A program made the position numbers and the translations under genes. A stretch of DNA of 63,862 nucleotides, the filler included, from Octopus bimaculoides (Eukaryota): the NCBI RefSeq assembly GCF_001194135.2. It is 4 parts of 4 records of this genome, joined end to end, with 100 filler letters (N's around TTAATTAATTAA, not from the genome) between each part and the next. Parts side by side here need not be neighbours in the genome. Positions count along the whole stretch, not along the records: positions 1 to 25,847 come from NC_068985.1; 3 more parts are not named here. One strand, given 5' to 3'. A model generated the notes under the pieces. The model had not been told where the DNA came from, made no database searches, and saw only the letters and a program-made list of their open reading frames with translations. Positions 1-9,779 of this stretch are shown piece after piece. Within the stretch, counting starts at the first letter, position 1, and each line of letters starts with the position of its first letter.

Positions 1-586
1 AGTAAAAAGGAAAAAAAGAGAGTAAAAAGGAAAAAAAGAGAGTAAAAAGGAAAAAAAGAGAGTAAAAAGAAAAAAAAAGAGAGTAAAAAGGAAAAAAGAG
101 AGTAAAAGGGAAAAAAGAGAGTAAAAAGGAAAAAAAGAGTAAACGAAAAAAAGAGAGTAAAAAGAAAAAAAGAGAGTAAAAAGGAAAAAAAGAGAGTAAA
201 ATGGAAAAAAGAGAGTAATAAGGAAAAAAAGAGAGTAAAAAGGAAAAAAGAGAGTAAAAAGGAAAAAAGAGAGTAAAAAGGAAAAATAGAGAGTAAAAAG
301 GAAAAAAAGAGAGTAAAAAGTAAAAAAAGAGAGTAAAAAGGAAAAAAGAGAGTAAAAAGGAAAAAAGAGAGTAAAAAAGAAAAAAGAAAGTAAAAAGGAA
401 AAAAGAGAGTAACAAGAGAAAAAGATAGTAAAAAGGAAACAAAAGAGTAAAAAGGAAAAAAGTGAGTAAAAAGAAAAAAAGAGAGTAAAAAGGAAAAAAA
501 AGAGTATAAAGGAAAAAAGAGAGTGAAAAGAAAAAAAGAGAGTAAAAAGGAGAAAAAGAGAGTAAAAAGGAAAAAAAGAGAGTAAT
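1..586. repeat. Purine-rich minisatellite, ~19-20 bp unit AGTAAAAAGGAAAAAAAGAG
   Basis: About 30 consecutive near-identical units, running off the window start. Confidence 0.97.
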
Positions 587-1149
587 ATATGACAAAAAAT
601 AATTTATTCAATGATTGTTGAAGGTAAAAGGACATGCGACATTCAAACATACAGCATTTATATTTTTTAAAACGCTTAGGAAGAGTTGTTGAGTGCGACA
701 AAAGTGTTATACAAGCAAGAGCAGTTAGGCCTAAAAATCTTTACGGAACACAGGAGAAAATCATAAATTTAATAATAAAAATGCAGATAACTACAGAAAA
801 TAGGGAAGAAATGAAAATAGAATCGACATGTTAATTATTTCTATTTGTCTTTTCACGGGATTGAGGTTCGTATTATCGCTTTTCATAATATTTTTGGAAA
901 TACAGTCTTATTTGTTGGCATATAGCACATAATTCGCACATAAATTTCGGAAGAGAAATGTTTGCCTTCAAGAATTTGATGTAATTTACACCCCTGGAAA
1001 ATACTGGTTGATTAGAATAAATAAAAATAAATTCAATAGCAAAAATAACTTGCAGAAAACAAAACAAAACGCATATTTCATGAAAAGATTTGATTACAAC
1101 TATATGAAAAAAATTGATGTGCAACTATACGAAAATACAAAATGGAAGC

Positions 1150-1360
1150 TAGGCAATTTTCGAAGATTTGGATTTCGCTTTCGCTGCCAACATCTTGGAA
1201 ACCTTGTGAATTCTCTTTTGCTATATCCGAAGCTTTCAAATTCTTCTTCAATGCCACTATCACATCATTCCATTTCCAAGCCATCCAAAGCATTAATGAG
1301 GCCACTCTTCAAGAAAGTTTGGTTGATAGCTTCCAACGATAACCTAACCCACTACAAATC
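1150..1360 (-). mobile_element. Possible pogo/Tigger transposase C-terminal relic
   Basis: Minus strand reads SLEAINQTFLKSGLINALDGLEME*CDSGIEEEFESF, resembling the pogo DDE_1 C-terminal 'KSFKKCGISNALDGSED...EDFEGF' pattern; contains a stop. Confidence 0.4.
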
Positions 1361-2221
1361 TAGGGAAACAGAAATTTGCACTTGTAAAAAAATTTAATTT
1401 ATAGATGTAGCTTGATTTTTCTAGCGTGAATAATTTTAAATTTCTGATATGTTAGTGCCAAATTTACCTCAAAATGACTATATAACTAAAGCTAATATAT
1501 TCTGAAATATATGTATAGTCTTTTAAAAGATTATATAATGATATTTAATCTCATTATGGATAATACAAAGTGAAATTTTAAATTACGCATTGTATGCGAA
1601 TAAAATACTAAAGCAAGCTGTTTTCAACTTCTTCTAGCCATTAACCAATGAAACGAATTTCCTTGAAATTTAGCCATCCCGGTTAAATAAATCATTCGAA
1701 ATTCAATCGTACCTGAGGTCTTGCAAGTAACAGTTCACTATCTGCAATAAAACGAGTTCTCTGTTACTTTGTTGCTTTTATCGAAAACCAAAGAACCGGA
1801 ATTATTTTGAACGATCAATTACTTTGTAACTTTTATCCGGCAACTGCATACATTTCGGTAAAGAAAAGCTCCCTTGTTGAGTGGGTTAAGATGACATAAA
1901 CCTTGATTTCTAAACTTTTGCTATTAACTAAGACGTGATCTGGATCAATAATGGTCAAAACCTTTCTGAATCATCTGATAAAGCACATAAATGTGAAACA
2001 AGATGGAAAAAAGAGTACTCAAATACCAAAGGTAGAGTAATATGCTTTATTTAAAAGCAGCAGAAATATAACAAAAGCTGTTACTCACTTTTGTTATATT
2101 TCTGGTGCTTTTAAATAAAGTATATATATATATATATATATATATATNNNNNNNNNNNNNNNNNNNNNNNNNNNNNNNNNNNNNNNNNNNNNNNNNNNNN
2201 NNNNNNNNNNNNNNNNNNNNN

Positions 2222-2258
<37 letters not shown>

Positions 2259-2404
2259 GAGAGAGAGAGATGAGATCGAGATAATCTATGTATAGAAAAC
2301 ACTTCGAGGTTTTAACTTGAGCGGGTATAGAAGTAAATGTTGAGATAAGCAACTTAGATCAATGTATAAAGTATATTAAACTTAGATATGTTTCGACCAA
2401 AGAT

Positions 2405-2815
2405 TGATCCAGGCCATGTCTAACTTAACAGCACCACCTGATAGGATTATCTAAAGCCGTTTAAACTCAAGTTTTGTGGTATCATGGTCTATTCAAGTAG
2501 TGAGTTCTTGTTGGGTGAGTTGTATCCAGGTATAGGTGGCTTATCTGGTATCGCTTGAATAAACCCGTCCAGACTCCGTTTAAAGGCGATGGGATCCTTT
2601 TCCGCTCTGATCAGTCTTGGGACAATGTTAAACTGGGCAGGGCCTGTTGAGAAAAAGAGGTCATATAGGTCACAGTGTACCTATATGTTGTGATCCTGAA
2701 TTGCGCAGGGGACTCATGGACCGTGGTCCCAGCCTTGGATGAACCTTGAAGCTAAGGTTCAGGTCGTCTGGGCAATGCTGGCTGTATATTCTCCACATCG
2801 TGCAAATGAGATACA
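2405..2815 (-). mobile_element. CR1/L2-group LINE 3' end (ORF2 C-terminus), degenerate
   Basis: Reads YLICTMWRIYSQHCPDDLNLSFKVHPRLGP...; clearly homologous in DNA to 12515-12700, which encodes STGPALFNIV...FKRSLDRFLQGIP. Confidence 0.75.
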
Positions 2816-2894
2816 AACAAAATGTATATATGTGCACATGTAAAAAGGTCTAATTAACACAGAGTACAAATAATATAGGGAATTGAATTAATTG

Positions 2895-3200
2895 AAGAAA
2901 AGTATTACAAATTCAACAGCTGTTTCTGGGGGCTCGGTGATGCATAATAGTTTGTAGATTGATTTCATCATAAAATGAGACGATCGTCGGCCTTCAAGGA
3001 AGAGATCTTACATTTGAGATGTTAAAGGAAAGAATTTGAAATATAGAATTATTGAATGTTGAGAGCTAAGTGTATTAGGGGGTGGGAATTGGGGAGGTAT
3101 TCAAATGGGGAACAGTGAGAGGAGAATGGATAGTTCAAGAGTGAGGGGTTAATAAAGAAGCTAGTAGAGAGCAGTAATAATAGTAGAGGTAGAAGGTAGG
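2895..3200 (-). mobile_element. Penelope-like terminal-repeat segment, left arm of an inverted pair
   Basis: Reverse complement aligns with 3975-4290 (roughly 75-80% by eye); carries GAAACAGCTGT and a degenerate CTTGAAG..GATCGTC hammerhead-like motif. Confidence 0.45.
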
Positions 3201-3974
3201 AGGATGAGGGGCGTGTGGGGTAGGTGGTATGTTAATGGTGGTCTATTGTGTTAGGTTTGTATGGAAGGCGTAGAATTAATGGTTGAGACAGTGATAAAAG
3301 GGAATGGCCACTATTTCATGGACGTAAGTTGGCTGAGGGAGATTACTAAGGTACATAGAGAGGTATGAGAGAAGATAGGGGGTGGGTAGAGTGGAGAGTG
3401 AGTTGGTAGTCGATGTAGTAGTGGTTAGAGTGAGAATTAATTTGGATTGGTATTGGTGGGGGAGTACAATGGTATGCAGAGGTGTATGAAATAAAATAGA
3501 GAGAAGCGAAATGGGAAGGGGTAGAGGTTNNNNNNNNNNNNNNNNNNNNNNNNNNNNNNNNNNNNNNNNNNNNNNNNNNNNNNNNNNNNNNNNNNNNNNN
3601 NNNNNNNNNNNNNNNNNNNNNNNNNNNNNNNNNNNNNNNNNNNNNNNNNNNNNNNNNNNNNNNNNNNNNNNNNNNNNNNNNNNNNNNCAGAGGTGTATGA
3701 AATAAAATAGAGAGAAGCGAAATGGGAAGGGGTAGAGGTTGACAAGTTAGTATCCAAAGGAATGAGATACTATGAAGTGCTTTTGGAAAGGAGAATTATG
3801 AAGAGACCAATAAATAGGGTGGGGTGGCTATGAGGGATTTGGGAGGTAGTGGTTTAAAAGAATTTGGTAAGGTAAGTATGAGAAAGAATAGTTTAATAAG
3901 TAGGGGAGTATTTATTGAGGTAGTAGGTCGCTAGGCCGACCTTCGTTTGGTTCAAGGTTAATTTCAAGTATGGA

Positions 3975-4290
3975 CCCACCTACCTACCAACTCTACTACG
4001 ACTACACCCCACTGCTCCCTCCTAGCTTTTTCTATTAACCCCTATCTCTTAAACTATCTATTCTCCTTTCACTATTCCTCGTCTAAATACCTCCCCCAAT
4101 TCACCTCCTCTCCACATTTAATCAGTCCATCTTTGAAATTCTTCCCTTTAACATCTGAAAATGTAAGACCTCTTTCCTGAAGACGGAAACTTGTCTCATC
4201 TTATGATGGAATCAATCTACAAGCATTATTATGGAGTGCCGAGCCCCCACAAGCTGCTGTTGGACTTATAATAATGTTCCTCAATCCCTT
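3975..4290 (+). mobile_element. Penelope-like terminal-repeat segment, right arm of an inverted pair
   Basis: Inverted homologue of 2895-3200; contains CCTGAAGACGGAAACTTGTC (hammerhead core with stem II lost). Confidence 0.45.
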
Positions 4291-4479
4291 TGATTATCTA
4301 TATCATTTTTATTGTATTAGTCGACCATTTTTATGTGCATTCATATATACATTTTTGGTATTTCATGCAGTAATATACTTTATATATTGGTCTGTCTAAC
4401 TTGCTTATCTCTACATTTACTTATTTTGTGTGTGTGTTTCTGATCATGTGTGTGTGTGTCTCTCTCTCTCTCTCTCTCT

Positions 4480-4516
<37 letters not shown>

Positions 4517-5330
4517 NNNNNNNNNNNNNNNNNNNNNNNNNNNNNNNNNNNNNNNNNNNNNNNNNNNNNNNNNNNNNNNNNNNNNNNNNNNNNNNNNNNN
4601 NNNNNNNNNNNNNNNNNNNNNNNNNNNNNNNNNNNNNNNNNNNNNNNNNNNNNNNNNNNNNNNNNNNNNNNNNNNNNNNNNNNNNNNNNNNNNNNNNNNN
4701 NNNNNNNNNNNNNNNNNNNNNNNNNNNNNNNNNNNNNNNNNNNNNNNNNNNNNNNNNNNNNNNNNNNNNNNNNNNNNNNNNNNNNNNNNNNNNNNNNNNN
4801 NNNNNNNNNNNNNNNNNNNNNNNNNNNNNNNNNNNNNNNNNNNNNNNNNNNNNNNNNNNNNNATATATACAGAGAGAGGGAGAGAAAAGAAAGAAAGACC
4901 GAAGTCTAGTTAAAATATATTATAAAACGTTCGGATATCTATTTCTTTAAATACAGAATATCATTAGGCTTATAATATTCACTACTGAGATTAAGTGAAG
5001 CGTCGAAATCTATTTTGAAGTCAGTTTCAGCAGTTATGGTTAAGAATAATAGATTGAGTAAATATGAATATTTCGGGAAACTTTCGAATCTTTTGTGTTC
5101 ATAAATCTAAGTATTAATAATCCATTATATTTGTATGGAACTACGAGCTTATAACATGGTGTATTGTATAGAAGACTAAGAATATAGAATTTTACTATAT
5201 CGGATACCTTAACTCAGAAGCTAGACTACATATTAACAGCGAAGAAATTTCACATTGCGTCTTAATCTAGATGGAAACAGAATATGCATTATATAGTAGA
5301 AGAAGAAAATAATATGGCTGGAGGAGAGAA

Positions 5331-5546
5331 GGCGACGAGCTGGCAGAAAAGTTAGGATGCCGGCCGAAATATTTAGCGGTATTTCGTCTGACTTTACGTT
5401 CTGAGTTCAAATTCCACCGAGATCGACTCTGCCTTTTATCCTTTCTGGGTCGGTAAATTAAGTATCAGTTGCGTATTGGGGTCGATCTAATCGACTAGCC
5501 CCCTCCTCCTAAATTTCGGGCCTTGTGCCTAGAGTAGAAGAGAATA
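5331..5546 (+). mobile_element. SINE-A (tRNA-derived head, conserved central GCCTTTCATCCTTTCGGGGTCGATAAATTAAGTACCAG domain)
   Basis: A-box-like GAGCTGGCAGAA and B-box GAGTTCAAATTCC; about 10 homologous copies in the window. From memory the central domain resembles the Meta/MESC SINE domain (unverified). Confidence 0.9.
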
Positions 5547-5828
5547 ACGTTCGAGAAGAAATAAGTGAAAAATTGTTGGCAAGCTTGATAACATCATTTT
5601 AAACATGTCAGAGCAACTAGTTAGCAGAGGTGTTAGCGCGCCGAATTCAAATTTTTATAGCATCTCTTGCGAGCAGTTTCATTTCTAGTTCAAATGTCAC
5701 CGGTGGAAAGTATACTTTTCGTAATTCCAGTCTCTATAACATAAAGAACCAGACAAGTACCGGAGACGATGTAATTAAATGCCCTTTTCCAGAAATTTAC
5801 TGGATTTATGCAAAACTTTGAAGAAATA

Positions 5829-5986
5829 GGCGCAGGAGTGGCTGTGGAGCAAGTAGCTTAATTATCAACCACATGGTTCCGAGTTCAGTCCCACTGCGTG
5901 TCACCATGGGTGTCTTCTACTATAGCCTTGGGCGAACCAAAGCCTTGTGTGTGGATTTGGTAGACGGAAACTGAAAGAGGCCCACC

Positions 5987-6026
<40 letters not shown>

Positions 6027-6205
6027 GTATGTATATATATATATATATATGCTTGTGTGTCTGTGTTTGTCCCCACACCATCGCTTGACAATCGATGGTG
6101 TTGTGTTTACATACACGTAACTTAGCGGTTCGGCAAAAGACCCTGATAGGATAAGTACTAAGCTTACAAAGAATAAGTCATGGGGTCGATTTGTTTGACT
6201 AAAGG
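5829..6205 (+). mobile_element. SINE-B (tRNA head, CORE-like ACCTTGGGCAAGTGTCTT domain, internal (TA)n)
   Basis: GGCGCAGGAGTGGCTGTG...GGTTCCGAGTTCAGTCCC head; internal microsatellite; many homologous fragments in the window. Confidence 0.9.
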
Positions 6206-6242
6206 CTCTACAATATCCATTTACAAGGCTTTAACAGAAGAC

Positions 6243-6330
6243 ATTTTCCCAAGGTGTTACCCTGTGGGACTGAATATGGAACCATGTGGTTGGGAAACAA
6301 ACTTTTTACTACACAGCCACGCTTTCGCCT
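6243..6330 (-). mobile_element. SINE-B head fragment, inverted relative to the preceding copy
   Basis: Reverse complement of the SINE-B head (ggaaccatgtggttggga...cacagccac). Confidence 0.7.
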
Positions 6331-6346
6331 AGGGTTGTGTGTATGT

Positions 6347-6382
<36 letters not shown>

Positions 6383-6468
6383 TCTTCCGGTCATTTCAAA
6401 ATGTAACCACATGTGAATCGTTGGCGATTTCTTTTCCTCCGTCTATCTTTTCCATTGGATTTTCCTCT

Positions 6469-6503
6469 GTTTCTGAAGAAGAGCTTTGCTCGAATCGTTA
6501 AAC
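6469..6503 (+). ncRNA. Minimal type I hammerhead ribozyme motif (one core substitution) in a Penelope-like repeat (~6370-6620)
   Basis: GTTT CTGAAGA A GAGC-TTT-GCTC GAAT CGT T AAAC: stem I GTTT/AAAC and stem II GAGC/GCTC pair fully; GAAA reads GAAT. Confidence 0.6.
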
Positions 6504-7166
6504 CATCTTTCGTTCCTTCCCTGAGCGTCTGCTAATACTTTACATGCACCACGTCTTCGCGTTGTTGTTGGTTTTTTTTTTTGTGCTTTTCTTTCGTTTT
6601 GGGGGGAATTTACTATATATATATCTGTGTGTCTGTCTGTCTGTCTGTCTGTGTATATGTGGTAAATACGTACATATTTGAAGGGCATTTTAATTGGCAT
6701 ATGTGTGTGTTAGATTAATGATTATATTAGATTAATGATCTGAATGTGTACTGAACCTATTTTGTATCCAAATTGTTATGATTTATGCATAACGCTCAGA
6801 TGTATTGCTACTTTCATGGAATAACACTCTGAAATCATTAAAATGATATTTATCTGCTCGGTGAGTAAATAATTATTGATTTACTAAAGAAGATATACAT
6901 GCATATTGATACCAATAACAAAATATTTTGAAACCATTTAAAGATACACCTGCAATTAGAAGTATTCACAGAACAATATATTTATCTTGTCTGCGTGAAC
7001 ACTGAAATATAAATTGTAGAATATTTGTCTAAATATGCCTTGACATACAGCTCGACTTACACCTGTACATGCGTAGTTAACATGATTTTGTATGTATCTA
7101 TGCATGCATGTATGTATGTATGTATGTGTGTGAATGAATGTGTTTGTATGTATGTGTGTATGTGTG

Positions 7167-7197
<31 letters not shown>

Positions 7198-7562
7198 NNN
7201 NNNNNNNNNNNNNNNNNNNNNNNNNNNNNNNNNNNNNNNNNNNNNNNNNNNNNNNNNNNNNNNNNNNNNNNNNNNNNNNNNNNNNNNNNNNNNNNNNNNN
7301 NNNNNNNNNNNNNNNNNNNNNNNNNNNNNNNNNNNNNNNNNNNNNNNNNNNNNNNNNNNNNNNNNNNNNNNNNNNNNNNNNNNNNNNNNNNNNNNNNNNN
7401 NNNNNNNNNNNNNNNNNNNNNNNNNNNNNNNNNNNNNNNNNNNNNNNNNNNNNNNNNNNNNNNNNNNNNNNNNNNNNNNNNNNNTATATATATATATGTA
7501 TGTATATATATATGAGCACACAGACTCTCACATACACGCATACACACCCACACACACATATA

Positions 7563-7640
7563 CAGTAATCCGACGACTGTCGAGGGTGTTACGTTCCAAT
7601 AACCCCTGTGATAGGTGAACCGCGATATGCTGAGGGAAAG
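7563..7640. mobile_element. Short Tigger-like MITE fragment
   Basis: TACAGTAATCC...GGGTGTTACGTTCC...CCGCGATA..GAGGGAAA matches the termini of the element at 25158-25383. Confidence 0.5.
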
Positions 7641-7645
7641 CTCGG

Positions 7646-7875
7646 TTACCAACCACATGGTTCTGGGTTCAATCCCACTGCTTGGCATCTTGGGCAAGTG
7701 TCTTCTACTATAACTTTGGGTCGACCAAGGCCTTGTGAGTGGGTATGGTAAGTACTAGAACAAGTACTAGGCTTACAAACAATAACTCCTGGGTTGATTT
7801 GCTCGACTAAAGGCAGTGCTCCAGCATGGCAACAGTGAAATGACTGAAACAATTATAAGAACAAAAGAATAAAAG
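7646..7875 (+). mobile_element. SINE-B, internally deleted
   Basis: Head, CORE-like segment and 3' tail (...GCTCCAGCATGG...GACTGAAAC) present; middle missing. Confidence 0.8.
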
Positions 7876-7885
7876 AATATATATA

Positions 7886-7990
7886 TACGGAGGCGTGCAC
7901 AAAATGTTCTGGCTTTGAGTGTATCGCAAAACGCGTGATTCGAGATCCAACCTTTTTAGTTCGTTGAAGGGGCTTAGAAGAAGTAATCGA
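7886..7990 (+). mobile_element. Possible mariner terminal fragment
   Basis: TA-CGGAGGCGTGCACAAAATGTTCTGGCTT resembles mariner-type TIRs; no partner TIR found. Confidence 0.3.
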
Positions 7991-8082
7991 CCGTTATAAT
8001 ATTAATGTGAAAACATTGTGAATATAATCATAACTGATCCTCCTGTATTTTCACAAAGCCAGGAACCTTTCAGCACACTCTG

Positions 8083-8129
<47 letters not shown>

Positions 8130-8130
8130 C

Positions 8131-8368
8131 CAAGAAAGTTAGGGGTTGTGAATCCAACCCACTAAGGGATAATATCTATCCAATATTCTGCTGGAGGGAT
8201 ACCCAATTACTATTACACTATTGTTTTTATCGAGTGTAATAAATGAGTGCGGGTAAAATGATATTTTACTCTTAATTTATATAGCAATAAGAAAATGGAG
8301 GGAAATATGTGGTAATCATCAATTTTGATGAGTACCATATATTCCCCTCCATTTTCTTATTGCTATAT
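8131..8368. mobile_element. Unclassified element in (TA)n with terminal hairpin and ~90-bp palindrome
   Basis: Both ends recur at 61074-61432; GGGTTG/CAACCC hairpin at 8143-8160; inverted arms at 8278-8314 and 8332-8368. Confidence 0.6.
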
Positions 8369-8683
8369 ATATATATATATATATATGCGAGTAAAAATAA
8401 ATACAAAAAAGGTGGGGGTTTTTGTATGATTGTGTATAGAGGAATATATTATTTTGTTTAAAAGAGTTCCAACACTCTGTTTTTTATGTTTTATTTATAT
8501 TCCTGCAGAACTAATGTGGGGTCTAGAATATGGAATATACAATATATAATATAATATACAATATACAATATAAAATAAAATAAAATAAATGGCACCATGA
8601 AAGAAAGTATTGAATGTAGATGAAATATTGAGTGTTCAATATAAAGGATCAAATATATAAATATATAAATATAAATATATAAA

Positions 8684-8723
8684 GGCGACTCGAGTTTCAG
8701 GGCTATTTCCCTTCGTCATGGCC
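8684..8723 (-). ncRNA. Minimal type I hammerhead ribozyme motif (one deviation in the CUGA turn)
   Basis: Minus strand GGC CATGACGA AGGG-AAATAG-CCCT GAAA C-TCGA-G TC GCC: stems I and II pair, stem III is palindromic, cleavage triplet GUC. Confidence 0.6.
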
Positions 8724-8731
8724 GGTATGAC

Positions 8732-8765
<34 letters not shown>

Positions 8766-9002
8766 GCTATTTTTTGACTCACCACATAAGAAACACAAAG
8801 CTTCAGACTTTTTCTTATCAATAGCAAAGACTCTATCACTTGATTTGAATATATGTAAACTAATGTTTGACTCTATAGAGGATACACACAGTTTCACACT
8901 TTACTTTTGAAAATCTGTTTAAATAAGTGAAACCGGTTCAGCTAATAAATACTTTAAAAAGACTCCTGCGTTTTCAGATTATTTTTTTTATATTTTATTG
9001 AT

Positions 9003-9044
9003 GCACCCGAAGACACCCAGAACGGGTCGAAACATGTATTGTGC
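9003..9044 (+). ncRNA. Degenerate hammerhead-like motif
   Basis: GCAC CCGAAGA C ACCC-AGAAC-GGGT C GAAA CATG TA TT GTGC; U4 replaced by C and stem I is offset. Confidence 0.4.
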
Positions 9045-9135
9045 CCAATAAGGTCTATTACACATTCCATCTCCTATTTTATTAATACTGTTATCCCAAC
9101 CGCCACTACGGATTTCCTGCAATAAGTCTTCGGAT

Positions 9136-9415
9136 GTGTTGGCACTCCGTTGCTTACGAAGTTGAGGGTTCCAGTTAATCCGATCAACGGAACAGCCTGC
9201 TCGTGAAATTAACGTGCAAGTGGCTGAGCACTCCACAGACATGTGTACCCTTAACGTAGTTCTTGGGGATATACAGCGTGACACAGTGTGACAAGGCTGA
9301 CCCTTTGAATTACAGGCACAACAGAAACAGGAAGTAAAGGTGAGAGAAAGTTGTGGTGAAAGAGTACACCAGGGTTCGCCACCATCCTCTACCGGAGCCT
9401 CGTGGTCTGGGAATC
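9136..9415 (-). mobile_element. SINE-C, 3' two-thirds (rest in gap)
   Basis: Homologous to the full copies at 37764-38149 and 43689-44068. Confidence 0.9.
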
Positions 9416-9719
9416 NNNNNNNNNNNNNNNNNNNNNNNNNNNNNNNNNNNNNNNNNNNNNNNNNNNNNNNNNNNNNNNNNNNNNNNNNNNNNNNNNNNNN
9501 NNNNNNNNNNNNNNNNNNNNNNNNNNNNNNNNNNNNNNNNNNNNNNNNNNNNNNNNNNNNNNNNNNNNNNNNNNNNNNNNNNNNNNNNNNNNNNNNNNNN
9601 NNNNNNNNNNNNNNNNNNNNNNNNNNNNNNNNNNNNNNNNNNNNNNNNNNNNNNNNNNNNNNNNNNNNNNNNNNNNNNNNNNNNNNNNNNNNNNNNNNNN
9701 NNNNNNNNNNNNNNNNNNN

Positions 9720-9779
<60 letters not shown>

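Noticed and set aside
3476-3740. 53-bp direct repeat flanking the 3530-3687 gap
   Set aside because: Exact contig-end overlap, so an assembly artefact
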